From: a virus
Direction: 5' to 3' (one strand)
IMG/VR virus record: IMGVR_UViG_3300023179_000057
Span: 27,655 to 91,654 of that record
Length of the DNA: 64,000 nt
A program made the translations under genes and the position numbers. Of this stretch, positions 49,385 through 59,607 are shown piece after piece (position 1 is the stretch's first letter; the number at the start of each line of letters is the position of its first letter). The notes under the pieces were generated by a model. It was not told the DNA's origin, did not search any database, and was given only the letters and a program-made list of their open reading frames with translations.

Positions 49385-49684
49385 TTGAAGCAGCATTTAT
49401 GGAAAGATAACGCTGCATGTTTAGGACTTAATACTAATATTTATTTTGATAAATATGAAGATAATTTAGAGTCCAGATATAATGTTGATGCGTTTTGTAA
49501 ACAATGCCCAGTTAGAAAAATATGTTTTGCTAATGGAGTTTCTGGTAAAGAGTGGGGTGTCTGGGGCGGTGTATACTTAGAAGGTGGAGAAATATCAAAA
49601 GAATTTAATAAACATAAAAATAAAAAAGCCTGGTCTCAAATCTGGCAATCTTTAACAATGGAGGAAAAAAATGAAAAAAAATAA
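49385..49684 (+). CDS. whiB: WhiB-family Fe-S transcription factor
   Basis: W...AAC, CxxCPVxxxC, GVWGG. Confidence 0.9.
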   Translation: MKQHLWKDNAACLGLNTNIYFDKYEDNLESRYNVDAFCKQCPVRKICFANGVSGKEWGVWGGVYLEGGEISKEFNKHKNKKAWSQIWQSLTMEEKNEKK

Positions 49685-50402
49685 CCGAGAACTTTATGAT
49701 AAAATGAATAATTTTTTTGAAAGTACAGATATTGCTTTTATGAATCATGGATATCACCCCCCATATGACTTTATTAGTAGTGAATACTTAGAATTTAAAA
49801 ATCAAGCAAGTTTATATTTTAAGTTATTTGAAAAAATTAATCCAGACAATAAATCAATACTTGAAATTGGTTGTGGTAGAGGTGGTGGAATAAACGCTCT
49901 AACTAAAAATTTTAATTTTAATAGTGTTGATGCCTGCGATTTAAATAATTTAAATATAGAATATTGCAATAATAATAATAAAAACAATATTAAATTTAAA
50001 ATTTCAGATGCACAAAACTTAGATTATTCAGATAATAGTTTTGATATAATTATTAATGTAGAGTCTTCTCATTGTTATGATAATTTAGGATTATTTTATA
50101 AAGAGGTTAAAAGAGTTTTAAAGCCAAATGGCATATTTTTATATACAGATTGTGCTGGACCAATAAATTCAGATTTTCCAAAATATTTTAACTTATATAA
50201 ATATATTAATCGTATAGATCTTACAGAAAATGTAAAAAATTCTTGTCTTAACGATATTGAAAATTTTAAAAAAATTAATAAATCAGAAAAAATGAAAGAA
50301 TATTTAGTAGAATTAGCAACTAATAAATATAGAGAGTATTCTGTACAAAACAATTTATTTATTTTTTATGCATGTTCAGATAATGAAGAGTGGTTTAATT
50401 AA
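49671..50402 (+). CDS. Class I SAM-dependent methyltransferase (lipid/small-molecule O-MTase-like)
   Basis: FMNHGY, LEIGCGRGGG, DAQNL, INVESSHCY, RVLKPNG. Confidence 0.85.
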   Translation: MKKNNRELYDKMNNFFESTDIAFMNHGYHPPYDFISSEYLEFKNQASLYFKLFEKINPDNKSILEIGCGRGGGINALTKNFNFNSVDACDLNNLNIEYCNNNNKNNIKFKISDAQNLDYSDNSFDIIINVESSHCYDNLGLFYKEVKRVLKPNGIFLYTDCAGPINSDFPKYFNLYKYINRIDLTENVKNSCLNDIENFKKINKSEKMKEYLVELATNKYREYSVQNNLFIFYACSDNEEWFN

Positions 50403-50411
50403 TTATTAAAC

Positions 50412-50642
50412 ATGTATACAGATTATATGCGTAAAGTTGTTCATTCTATTCCTGCACCCAAAAACTTTGGAATACAGATTATTGACAACGACCACTTTCT
50501 TACGGTAAAATTGGATGAGAAAAAATTTTTACATATGGTGCATGATGAAAAAATATCAGCATTGCAGTATGTTGTAAAAATTAAAAAGGCTCTAGAGGAT
50601 TGTGGAGCCATAGTTTTAATAACAAGAGAGGCAGTAAAGTGA
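50412..50642 (+). CDS. Hypothetical protein
   Basis: ORF in operon context. Confidence 0.55.
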   Translation: MYTDYMRKVVHSIPAPKNFGIQIIDNDHFLTVKLDEKKFLHMVHDEKISALQYVVKIKKALEDCGAIVLITREAVK

Positions 50643-50770
50643 TTAGTCAATTACTTAAACTAACTATTTGTAAAATTAAAAAACATACATTAGTTGCTGC
50701 TGGGGCGTGTCCGTTTACTGGAAAAAGTTATAATGCTTGTACAAGATGTGGAGCAATGATAGCAATATGA
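50639..50770 (+). CDS. Small Cys/His-rich peptide (GTG start)
   Basis: C....H...CPFTG....CTRCG; coupled to neighbours. Confidence 0.5.
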   Translation: MISQLLKLTICKIKKHTLVAAGACPFTGKSYNACTRCGAMIAI

Positions 50771-50892
50771 AAAAAAAGACAAAAATATTAACATTAGTAG
50801 TATTATCTTTCCTTACTGCCCTATCTCTTTGGGTAGCATCTAATTTAAAAGGATTGTCGGATCTAGATATTTTTGATATAGACGAAGAATAA
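50767..50892 (+). CDS. 41-aa single-TM peptide
   Basis: Basic N-terminus, TM, acidic tail; ATGA/TAATG coupling. Confidence 0.5.
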   Translation: MKKKTKILTLVVLSFLTALSLWVASNLKGLSDLDIFDIDEE

Positions 50893-51380
50893 TGCAAACT
50901 TTTTTACCTTACACAGACTATGAACAATGTGCAGAAATATTGGATAATAAAAGATTAAATAAACAAATATTAGAGTCTTATCAAATCTTAAAAATCCTTT
51001 CTGGCAAATCACCTTCTGGTGCTTGGCGTAATCATCCAGCGGTACTTATGTGGAAAAATGCAGAAAGGTCATTGCGTATATACACCAATACCATGATTAA
51101 AGAGGCTAGGCTTAGGGGTATTAGGACAGATGGCAATGAGGCTAACCTAGACGCTCTGGAAACCGTTTCTGGGCATTTGTGGGGTACTGATAAGCCACTC
51201 TGGAGCACGGTATCTCATGTAAATCGTGTCAATATTACCCATAGAGCCAACCTTTATCGTAAAGATAATATTTATTATTCAGAGTTCTACAAAGATACCA
51301 AAAGTAAACATAATAAACCTTGCTGCGATAAATGTTTATATTATTGGGCAACTCACGTAATTAGAGATAGAGTACAATAG
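50892..51380 (+). CDS. Pyrimidine-dimer DNA glycosylase family (MSMEG_6728/DenV-like)
   Basis: MQTFLP, LDNKRLNKQ..E, HPAVLMW, HRANL.RKD. Confidence 0.8.
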   Translation: MQTFLPYTDYEQCAEILDNKRLNKQILESYQILKILSGKSPSGAWRNHPAVLMWKNAERSLRIYTNTMIKEARLRGIRTDGNEANLDALETVSGHLWGTDKPLWSTVSHVNRVNITHRANLYRKDNIYYSEFYKDTKSKHNKPCCDKCLYYWATHVIRDRVQ

Positions 51381-51385
51381 ATACT

Positions 51386-51742
51386 ATGGAGATGTTGTTT
51401 ATAATATTTTTAGGTACTTTGTCATTTTCATTTGCAATAGCATATTGGGCGACCTTCCAACAATTAAAAAAATCTAACTTATTATTGGCTGATCTTTTTA
51501 TTAAAAACAAGGCATTAGAAGAGATAACATCTCAGATTAAAACTACTCACAATATGTCTGATGATGAAGTACATAAAGAAAATTTTATAAAGTTTCTTTC
51601 TGATTCAAGAGATTGGGCTTTTGATTACATTGAACAATCTCAAAAAACAATAAAAGAAGTTTCAGATGATTTAAAAAATAAAGGTTTAGTAAACTATTCT
51701 GAAAAACTTTTAGCATTATTACCCGAAAAGAATAAAAATTAA
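51386..51742 (+). CDS. Membrane-anchored hypothetical protein
   Basis: N-terminal TM; FIKFLSDSRDWAFDYIE. Confidence 0.6.
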   Translation: MEMLFIIFLGTLSFSFAIAYWATFQQLKKSNLLLADLFIKNKALEEITSQIKTTHNMSDDEVHKENFIKFLSDSRDWAFDYIEQSQKTIKEVSDDLKNKGLVNYSEKLLALLPEKNKN

Positions 51743-52489
51743 ATGAATTTTTTATTTAATAAAGATAAAACAGCAAAAATTGATTTTGTAACCACAGTTC
51801 CAGGTTTAAGTATGTTGGAAGATTGCAAACCAAAATTAGCAAAAGAATATATTCCAGATTGGTGGAAAAAAAGTCCAACAATAAAAACAGAATTTACATT
51901 TAATGGCGCACTTGCTGGAAATTTTAAAAGTTGTCCATCATTTTCAGACTATTTTTCAAAAGGATATATTCTTCCAATGTGGGTTGATTCATATTTATTT
52001 TATAATTCAGAAGATCAAAGTTGGAAGTGGTCAGTTTCAGACGCTAATTTTAGTTGGCAAACTCATGCAAACAGTCAATATTTAGATTATGTTGATCATA
52101 AATTTTTAAATAAAAATTCTTTTTTTGTTTTTAAAACAAAAATTCCATGGAATATTTTTACAAGTAAAGGATATTCATTATATCAGTTACCAACATTTTT
52201 TCATTTTAACGAAGACTTTTCTGTCATTCCTGGAGTAAGAGATACAGATGTTTATCATGAAATAAATATTCAATTATTAATTCATAGTGATAAAAAAGAA
52301 ATTTTTATACCAAGAGGAACTCCATTAGCACAATACATTCCTTTTAAAAGAGAAAAAACAAAATTTAATGTTAGAGAGGCAACAAAAAAAGATTTATTTA
52401 GAATTAATTTACATAATCTTAATTTATCAACTAGATTTCATAAAACACAAACATACAAAATAGATAGGAAAAAAAATAATGAAAAATAA
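51743..52489 (+). CDS. dUTPase-fold paralogue 2
   Basis: PDWWK, KSCPSF.D...GY, GVRDTD, GTPLAQYIPFKRE. Confidence 0.65.
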   Translation: MNFLFNKDKTAKIDFVTTVPGLSMLEDCKPKLAKEYIPDWWKKSPTIKTEFTFNGALAGNFKSCPSFSDYFSKGYILPMWVDSYLFYNSEDQSWKWSVSDANFSWQTHANSQYLDYVDHKFLNKNSFFVFKTKIPWNIFTSKGYSLYQLPTFFHFNEDFSVIPGVRDTDVYHEINIQLLIHSDKKEIFIPRGTPLAQYIPFKREKTKFNVREATKKDLFRINLHNLNLSTRFHKTQTYKIDRKKNNEK

Positions 52490-53201
52490 AAAAATTATTT
52501 TTAGGCCAACCACAGACCTCACAGAAGAAGTTACTCCAGCCCCAGAACCTATAAAAAATGATATTTCTAAATGGTATAAAAATCTTAAAAGATATATAAA
52601 TAATGGAATTATAAGTGATGGATCTAAAGATTTTTTTAATTCAAGAACAGCAAAAACATGTATTCCATTTTTTGATTCAATGACTTATGGATATTCTTAT
52701 AAACTACCTTATGATATTTTTTGTACATATAACAAAGAAGGAGAAAGAAAGGTTCAATGGGGAAAAACCGATGAGGGATATATTGGATCTCACAAAATTG
52801 AACAGATTGGCGAATATCCAATACCACAAGGATATGAAAATATTATTTTAAAAGTAAACACAACTTGGTGTGTACAAACCCCTCCAGGATATAGTTTACT
52901 TTATATGCATCCTTTAGGAAGGTTTGATTTACCATTTTATAGTTTTCATGGTATCGTTGATTCTGATAAATTTTATAAAAACGTAAATATGCCAATGGTA
53001 CTTAAAGTTGGATTTGAAGGAACAATAAAAGCGGGAACTCCAATTTCACAACTTATTCCTATAAAAAGAGAATCTTGGGTTTCTGAAAAAAAGAAATTTT
53101 ATGAAGATAATTATAATCCATATGTTGATAATATTATGGCTTTAATAAATTTAGAAGGTTTTTATAAAAATAATAAATGGGTAAAAAAAGAATGCAATTA
53201 A
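52479..53201 (+). CDS. dUTPase-fold paralogue 3
   Basis: KWYK, KTCIPF.D...GY, TPPGYS...HP, GIVDSD, GTPISQLIP. Confidence 0.65.
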   Translation: MKNKKIIFRPTTDLTEEVTPAPEPIKNDISKWYKNLKRYINNGIISDGSKDFFNSRTAKTCIPFFDSMTYGYSYKLPYDIFCTYNKEGERKVQWGKTDEGYIGSHKIEQIGEYPIPQGYENIILKVNTTWCVQTPPGYSLLYMHPLGRFDLPFYSFHGIVDSDKFYKNVNMPMVLKVGFEGTIKAGTPISQLIPIKRESWVSEKKKFYEDNYNPYVDNIMALINLEGFYKNNKWVKKECN

Positions 53202-53341
53202 TATTTAACATTATTAAAAATATATTGGTTTTTGTTTATAGTATTATATTTACTATATACAAATTTCCATTTTTATTATTAATTTTTATAAAAAATATAA
53301 AATTTAATAATTTAAAAAATGGTTATAGAAAAATAATATAA
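53192..53341 (+). CDS. Very AT-rich hydrophobic micro-ORF
   Basis: 49 aa open frame filling the gap; may be non-coding. Confidence 0.3.
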   Translation: MQLIFNIIKNILVFVYSIIFTIYKFPFLLLIFIKNIKFNNLKNGYRKII

Positions 53342-53361
53342 ATCATATCCTAGGAGGAAAA

Positions 53362-53634
53362 ATGATTAATGATAAGACAAAAGCATTACTAGCATCATAT
53401 GGACGATCTGTTCTTGGTGCAGTAATTGCACTTTACATGGCTGGCGTAACAGATCCAAAAGATCTATGGGCTGCACTAGTTGCTGCACTAGCGCCCGTTG
53501 CATTAAGAGCACTTAATCCAAACGACAAAGCATTTGGTGTATTACCAGATACTGGTGCCGTTTCAGATGCACTTAGCAAGATTGTTCCTGCTAAGAAGGC
53601 TCCAGCAAAGAAAAAGACTGCTAAGAAAAAGTAG
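53362..53634 (+). CDS. Holin-like membrane protein
   Basis: SYGRS, two TM helices, LNPND..FG, basic tail; AGGAGG RBS. Confidence 0.6.
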   Translation: MINDKTKALLASYGRSVLGAVIALYMAGVTDPKDLWAALVAALAPVALRALNPNDKAFGVLPDTGAVSDALSKIVPAKKAPAKKKTAKKK

Positions 53635-53647
53635 TTTGTTTTTGATA

Positions 53648-53686
53648 AAGGGGGCAAACCTAAAAACTTGCCCTCTTTATTTTTTA
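53648..53686 (+). terminator. Probable intrinsic terminator
   Basis: GGGGCAA...TTGCCCTC followed by T-rich run. Confidence 0.55.
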
Positions 53687-53699
53687 CAATGGGGGAATT

Positions 53700-54392
53700 A
53701 TGGACTTTGTATATATATGTAAGGAAGGCGTTAACGAAGAACTAAAGTATTCTATTAGGTCTGTCGTTGAAAGTTTTCCAGATTCTAATGTCTGGGTTGT
53801 TGGCGGTAAGCCTGACTGGTATGTAGGAAATTATATTGAAGTACACCAAGTTCATACTAAATATAAAAATGCTATAGAAAATTTAAAAAAGATTTGTTCA
53901 TCACCAGAAATATCAAATGAGTTTGTTTTAATGAATGATGACTTTTATATTATTAAAAAGATAGATAGTATAGAGAATTTTCATGGCGGATATTTATTAA
54001 ATAAAATAAACTTATATCAAAAAATAAACGGTAATTCTAACTATACTAGAAAACTTAATGCTACATATAAAAGACTCAAAGGACTTGGGATTGATGATCC
54101 ATTAGATTATGAGTTACATGTTCCAATGATCATGGAAAAAGAAAAGTTACAAGAAGTATTAAATAATAACGATCAATTTTTATGGAGATCTATGTATGGG
54201 AATATATTTAAAGTCGGTGGATCAGAGATGCAAGATGTTAAGGTTTATACCAGGGGGCCATTAGTTTTTAAATCTTATAATTTAAATATAGATCAGCATA
54301 CATTTTTATCTAGTGCAGATAGTTCTTTTGATATTATTTGGAATAGTATACTCAAGACTCAGTTTAAACAAAAAACTAAATTTGAGAAATAA
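53700..54392 (+). CDS. Stealth-like sugar-phosphotransferase/glycosyltransferase
   Basis: ELKYSIRS and FVLMNDDFY motifs, HVPM. Confidence 0.65.
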   Translation: MDFVYICKEGVNEELKYSIRSVVESFPDSNVWVVGGKPDWYVGNYIEVHQVHTKYKNAIENLKKICSSPEISNEFVLMNDDFYIIKKIDSIENFHGGYLLNKINLYQKINGNSNYTRKLNATYKRLKGLGIDDPLDYELHVPMIMEKEKLQEVLNNNDQFLWRSMYGNIFKVGGSEMQDVKVYTRGPLVFKSYNLNIDQHTFLSSADSSFDIIWNSILKTQFKQKTKFEK

Positions 54393-55413
54393 GTTCTAAG
54401 TATTTATCTTTTAAGATACTTGGAGAAAAGTTTGCAACTCCAATGTTATATGCTTTTTCTTTGTAAGATGTTTTATCTTTAATAGTCATATAGTCATCAA
54501 TTGTTTTTGCTAAATATTTTTGATCTGCTTCAAATAATTCAATCCTAACTTTTGTTCTAATTGTTCCTATTGAATCACTCTTAACTAGCCACTCTGGCGG
54601 TAATATAAAATTATTAGGCGATATATTTGTCATAAAAACTGGCAAGGCACTTAGTAAAGCCTCATTCATTGGCAGACACAATCCAGCATAACGTCGTGGT
54701 AAAACCATAGCATCAAATCCATTATACATGTCTTCCCTATTGTCTGGATTACCAATTTCAATTTTAAGTCTTGAATCTTTTATATTTGTTTCTATTTCAC
54801 TTTGACTTTTGATTACTAATTCATAATCTGCTTTAGAGTGCTTAAGCATATCAATAACAGTTTCAGTACCGTTTCTATCTTTTGCTGCTTTTTTACCAGC
54901 AATATGTAAAATTCTATTATGAGACTTAGACAAGTTATTTTCTTTTATTTTATTAAATAATTCTTCATTCGTTGGTGGTGGAAGATGAATTACTTTTGTT
55001 TTGGAGCCAAACATTTTTTTAATGTGTTCAATTTGCCAAACACTTGGAGATAAAAGTGCCGTTGGTAATGGTAGATTTGGATTTACTAAATGGCCAAATA
55101 ATTCATAGTTATATTGAAGAATTGTTTTTACATTTCTTTTATTAGCAAACCTTATAAAGTTTTGATCATAAAATGTTTCACAACTTAATACAATATCTAT
55201 ATCGTTTAAAAACATTTTTATTTGTTGAAGAGATGGAAATCCATTTGTCTTAAGAGAATCATAACCTTGATACCATTCTGGATGTTGTTTATTTTTATTA
55301 AATGGAGTAGAGTCAATTAAAAGAATTTTATTAGGATTAAGCATATTAACTAATTCTCTGGTTTGATTACCAAGCCCAGTATTGTCTGATCTTGCTATTA
55401 TTCCCAATCTCAT
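54376..55413 (-). CDS. GT-B glycosyltransferase (GT4-like)
   Basis: DAMVLPRRYAGLCLPMNEAL...PV motif. Confidence 0.8.
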   Translation of the reverse strand: MRLGIIARSDNTGLGNQTRELVNMLNPNKILLIDSTPFNKNKQHPEWYQGYDSLKTNGFPSLQQIKMFLNDIDIVLSCETFYDQNFIRFANKRNVKTILQYNYELFGHLVNPNLPLPTALLSPSVWQIEHIKKMFGSKTKVIHLPPPTNEELFNKIKENNLSKSHNRILHIAGKKAAKDRNGTETVIDMLKHSKADYELVIKSQSEIETNIKDSRLKIEIGNPDNREDMYNGFDAMVLPRRYAGLCLPMNEALLSALPVFMTNISPNNFILPPEWLVKSDSIGTIRTKVRIELFEADQKYLAKTIDDYMTIKDKTSYKEKAYNIGVANFSPSILKDKYLELISQI

Positions 55414-56171
55414 TCTTTATAACCCCAGGTTTCATCATCTGAAGTAAATTTGCGGGTACCCTGACGACCATCCAAGTGATAAGATCTTTTAATATGTCCC
55501 TCTGGGTGATATATCCATAGTTTATGTTGTTGCCAACCATCTTCACTGTATTTATCATAAGGTAATATTTCATCTTGTAATTTGCCATGAAAAGTGTCTT
55601 CTATAAAGAATATATCTTTGCAACTTGGCAATACAATATCTTTGTAATAAGACTTTGTGCTTAAATGTGGTCTTTGACTCCATTGTGCTGTTTTCATAAA
55701 GCCATCTTCAATTCCAAACATTAGGTGTTCATGTTCTTTAGGAATTCTTGATTCAAAATGAAAACGAATAGTGTTAGCCTTTTTATATTCAAACATATCT
55801 AAACATTTTTCCCAATCAATTGGCATATCTGGCGTTAGTGGTGCGTCTCCTTCTACATAAAGTAAAAGAGGTGTTTTAATTTCATTGATTGTTTCACGCA
55901 TCATATTTGTTTGATGACTATGCTGTTTAAAAACAAATGGAACTATGTTTTTATATTCATGCAAACATTTCCAAAGTATACGATTTTTGTATTCATCGTA
56001 ATCTTTTTTGCGATTCTGTTGTTCTAGTCTTAATCCATCTATCTGCATTATAATTTCATTATCTGGAAAATGAACACGAAGGTCACCAATTGTTTGTTCT
56101 ATCATAGTGGTATTAGGATGATCTGGTATGACAGATGTTGCTAAAATAATCGTTATATCATTTTTATGCAT
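55410..56171 (-). CDS. GT-A-like glycosyltransferase, putative
   Basis: IDG, LYVEGD, WSQRPHL, HLDGR; cluster context. Confidence 0.55.
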   Translation of the reverse strand: MHKNDITIILATSVIPDHPNTTMIEQTIGDLRVHFPDNEIIMQIDGLRLEQQNRKKDYDEYKNRILWKCLHEYKNIVPFVFKQHSHQTNMMRETINEIKTPLLLYVEGDAPLTPDMPIDWEKCLDMFEYKKANTIRFHFESRIPKEHEHLMFGIEDGFMKTAQWSQRPHLSTKSYYKDIVLPSCKDIFFIEDTFHGKLQDEILPYDKYSEDGWQQHKLWIYHPEGHIKRSYHLDGRQGTRKFTSDDETWGYKE

Positions 56172-57018
56172 TTATTTGCTCCATGATTTTAATAGATAAA
56201 TCTCTTTTATATTTAATCCACCAACAAACAATTTGATGCATTTCAGACACATAAACATCTAACAGGTATGGCATCATGTCAACAAGGTCTGACCAATTTT
56301 CAACTGTTTTTATAGAATGATTATCCTCAAAAACAAAATTAAAAAAATCAGTATTTATACCTTTTGAGTCTATTTTATCTCCTATTGGTAAACAAAGCAT
56401 TTCAATGGCTTCAAAAAATCTAAAAGAATCAATTACTTCCGCACCACTTGGACAAGGAACAATTTTGCTAATAAACATTTTATCGTAATAGTTTTTAGGT
56501 TTTAATCCTTCGGCAAAACCTTTGGTAGGATTATAAAAAGAATTTGGAATATTAGGCATAACGGCAGCCAATTGTTTTCTTCTTTGGTGAGTTATTTGAC
56601 CAGAAAAAAATACATCATACACTTTATTTTGATAGTCTGGCAAATTTTTTGATAAATGTTGTGGAACTCCTATTGGCAATTTATTATATTTTTGATGTTT
56701 TTTATGTGGATACTGAATCCAAATTTCACAATTGTTATGTTTAATTTTTTCAATATTAAATGTTGCACTTTCATCTCCAGTAATAAACAAAACAAGTCTT
56801 TTTATTTTTTGCAATTCTACATTTATTACATCTTCATATTCTATATTTTGTGGTCCAGGAATTACAACAAAAGCACGATCACACTCTGGTAAAGATGTTA
56901 CTTTAATTTGTTTAATTTTATTTTTATTAAATATTTCTTTTAATAATCCATAGTCCCATTTGTCAGCAGCACAATCTTCTTCTTTAACAGAATATAAATA
57001 TGTTTTAATATTATTCAT
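56164..57018 (-). CDS. Exostosin/GT47-like glycosyltransferase
   Basis: FSGQ, SKIVPCPSG, SFRFFEAI..CLPI. Confidence 0.65.
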   Translation of the reverse strand: MNNIKTYLYSVKEEDCAADKWDYGLLKEIFNKNKIKQIKVTSLPECDRAFVVIPGPQNIEYEDVINVELQKIKRLVLFITGDESATFNIEKIKHNNCEIWIQYPHKKHQKYNKLPIGVPQHLSKNLPDYQNKVYDVFFSGQITHQRRKQLAAVMPNIPNSFYNPTKGFAEGLKPKNYYDKMFISKIVPCPSGAEVIDSFRFFEAIEMLCLPIGDKIDSKGINTDFFNFVFEDNHSIKTVENWSDLVDMMPYLLDVYVSEMHQIVCWWIKYKRDLSIKIMEQINA

Positions 57019-57718
57019 AATATAAATGTACTTCATGCTGATAGTCAAGCAGTGTTTCTTTATAACCCAGTCCCCATAACCAAAATCTTAAATCATATAA
57101 GTATTCATTCCATTGTTGCATCATAAACTCTGGATGACCAGATAACCATATCTTAGGCTTAAACTGTCTTAAAACGGTTTCTGCGCCTTTTAAAACACGC
57201 CCTTCACTGCCTTCTACGTCTAAAGAAATGGCGGTAGGGGCAACAATATTATGATCGTATACACAAGAATCTATAGTAATCTGACCATAAGAATTACCTT
57301 CTAAGTATAACTCTTTAAATCCGTGTGCTGAATCAATAACATTATTTGCTTCTGGTGGCCATTCATTATAATAAATTCTTGATAAATTATTTATTTTATC
57401 AGACGCAAATCCAGGAATACAGGCAATTGGTTTGTCTAAATTATTTGATTCCCATAGTAATGGATAGTGTGACCATACTTTTGGATTAGGTTCAAATATC
57501 ACAGTTTTTGCTCCCCATATTTGACAAAGAGCAACCATTTCTCCTTCTTCTCCGCCCACATAATAAACTATATCGTTTATTCCAAGATTATTATGCATTG
57601 ATCGTAATCTATTTTTTTCCCAACCTTTTTCTGTATACCACTCAGGTCTATCAGCACGATGTTTTGGTAAAACTATTTTATATTCTCCATTAACTGTTGC
57701 TTTGATCATTTCTATCAT
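57011..57718 (-). CDS. FkbM-family methyltransferase
   Basis: YVGGEEG, FEPNP, ITID, LDVEGSEGRVLKGA; start uncertain. Confidence 0.8.
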   Translation of the reverse strand: MIEMIKATVNGEYKIVLPKHRADRPEWYTEKGWEKNRLRSMHNNLGINDIVYYVGGEEGEMVALCQIWGAKTVIFEPNPKVWSHYPLLWESNNLDKPIACIPGFASDKINNLSRIYYNEWPPEANNVIDSAHGFKELYLEGNSYGQITIDSCVYDHNIVAPTAISLDVEGSEGRVLKGAETVLRQFKPKIWLSGHPEFMMQQWNEYLYDLRFWLWGLGYKETLLDYQHEVHLYYE

Positions 57719-58674
57719 TTGATGTTTAAAGTTTCTAATATTGTAGACCATCTGTGAACATAGGTATGTTCTTTTTTAGTTCGTTCATGACCAGCAATTC
57801 TTATTTTTTCTCTTGTTACTCCATCTAATATATAATAATCTATTTTTTCTTTAAGATCTTCAAGATTCCCGTGCTCATAAAATATAATTTCTTTGCCATC
57901 TTCAAAGTATTGATCAAGTCCTTTTATGCGAGGGTAGATAGTAAAACCACCACGACCAGTGCTTTCAAACAACCTATCGCTTGTATAGTATGGGTAGTTA
58001 AAGTTTATATTAAGGCTATCTCCTATGGCTACCTTGCTTTTTGCGTAGATACGATTAAGTGCATCACCACGAACTGTTCCAGTATCTCCGTCTCCACCAA
58101 CATGCAAAAATCTTTTTCCATATGTCTTTCGTAAAAAGTCTATTAGTTGTGGACGATACTTATGTTCTGGGTGATATCCTTTGCTACCAACAAAGATTAT
58201 GTCATGCTCAAAGTTATTTATATCATAATCAGAATGTATATAACACTCTTTATCATATACGCCAGCAGGCAAAAAATGTCCTTTAACACTTGTATTTTTA
58301 TTAAACCAATCACACATTAATTTATCTGTAGCAAAAAAGTGACCTATGTTTGTATAAAAATCATCACCCTTTAAATCTTTTTCACGTTCAATACCAAACC
58401 ACAAGTCAAGATGATAAGTCATTGTTGTTTTGTTTACAGCCTTTAATTGTTTTAATACATCTGTCATAGATAATTTGCCTGGGGTTTGCCATCTATGTGT
58501 GTGTACCCATATAAATAAATCAGATGCTAATGCTTTATATAAAATTTCTTCGCTTGTTGCTTTCTTTTCCTGCATTTTTTGCACGGTATGTCCAAGAGAC
58601 TCTAAAGACTTAGCATGATGATTCTCACTGCTATAGGGAACTTCAAAGTTACCAAGAAAAATTATATTAGACAT
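57715..58674 (-). CDS. CgeB/DUF3880-type glycosyltransferase
   Basis: IFVGS, R..L, SDRLFESTGRGGF, HTYVHR. Confidence 0.8.
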   Translation of the reverse strand: MSNIIFLGNFEVPYSSENHHAKSLESLGHTVQKMQEKKATSEEILYKALASDLFIWVHTHRWQTPGKLSMTDVLKQLKAVNKTTMTYHLDLWFGIEREKDLKGDDFYTNIGHFFATDKLMCDWFNKNTSVKGHFLPAGVYDKECYIHSDYDINNFEHDIIFVGSKGYHPEHKYRPQLIDFLRKTYGKRFLHVGGDGDTGTVRGDALNRIYAKSKVAIGDSLNINFNYPYYTSDRLFESTGRGGFTIYPRIKGLDQYFEDGKEIIFYEHGNLEDLKEKIDYYILDGVTREKIRIAGHERTKKEHTYVHRWSTILETLNIK

Positions 58675-58685
58675 AAAGATTTCAT

Positions 58686-59405
58686 TTATTTATAAGTTTT
58701 TTTTACTCTAAGATATCTTGAATAAGATCCAATTAATTTTGTTCTAAGTTTTTCTACATTAAAATATAATTGATTTTCATTTTCTAAAATAAAATTAGAT
58801 TGCCAATCACTTCTTTTAAAAGGAATTATTTGAAACATTGGAGTTCCTTTTTCTATAATTCCTTCAAAATTATTTTTAATAAAAAATGGAGTATTTATTT
58901 CAGTTTCTAAGATATCTGTGTCCACTATTCCAGAAATTGTTTTAATTGGTATATTCTGATATCCAAAAGGATGAGTAATTAAACAAGACCATCCTGGTGG
59001 AGTTTTAATTGTCCATCCATGAATATATTTTAATACTGTTGAAGAAAAACCATCTGGTATTTCGTATTTAGAAACTTGCGTTTCATGCCAAGTATCAAAC
59101 ACAACTTCTTGTGATGACCACTGAATTAATGGAATATCATTTTCTTTTGAAACAAAAACATCTGTCCAAAGCGGAACTATGTATCCAGCAGTTAATGCGT
59201 CTAATGCTGGAGCGCATTTTTTTACAGTAACTGTAGGACCTGGATTAAGTTTAAATTTATTTTCTAAATTACTATATGGCTTCATTTCTTTCCACCACTC
59301 TGGCAGAGCATTTGACGATGGAAATGGTTTTTCTCTAACTTTCCAAACATGTTCATTCTGTGCTCTAAAAGTAATTATATTTTTATTATTTTTTTTAAAT
59401 TTCAT
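58686..59405 (-). CDS. dUTPase-fold paralogue 4
   Basis: PEWWK, KKCAP..D...AGY, TPPGWS...HP, GIVDTD, GTPMFQIIPFKR. Confidence 0.65.
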   Translation of the reverse strand: MKFKKNNKNIITFRAQNEHVWKVREKPFPSSNALPEWWKEMKPYSNLENKFKLNPGPTVTVKKCAPALDALTAGYIVPLWTDVFVSKENDIPLIQWSSQEVVFDTWHETQVSKYEIPDGFSSTVLKYIHGWTIKTPPGWSCLITHPFGYQNIPIKTISGIVDTDILETEINTPFFIKNNFEGIIEKGTPMFQIIPFKRSDWQSNFILENENQLYFNVEKLRTKLIGSYSRYLRVKKTYK

Positions 59406-59607
59406 TTTGACCTCTAGCAATTGCAGCAGATGCTTCAAAGGCTTTTTGTGTTCTACGAGATTTTAATAAGCCTCTTGATTTCCAAAGTGGAACAGTTGCT
59501 TCAATATCTTTGGCTATTTGCTCTCTTATTTCTTTAACAGTAAAAACAATAAAATTCCAAACCTCTTCTTTTTGTTTATCATTAAGTTCATCTGTCCAAT
59601 TAGTCAT
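59395..59607 (-). CDS. Small hypothetical protein
   Basis: REQIAKDIEA...AAAIARG motif. Confidence 0.55.
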   Translation of the reverse strand: MTNWTDELNDKQKEEVWNFIVFTVKEIREQIAKDIEATVPLWKSRGLLKSRRTQKAFEASAAIARGQNEI

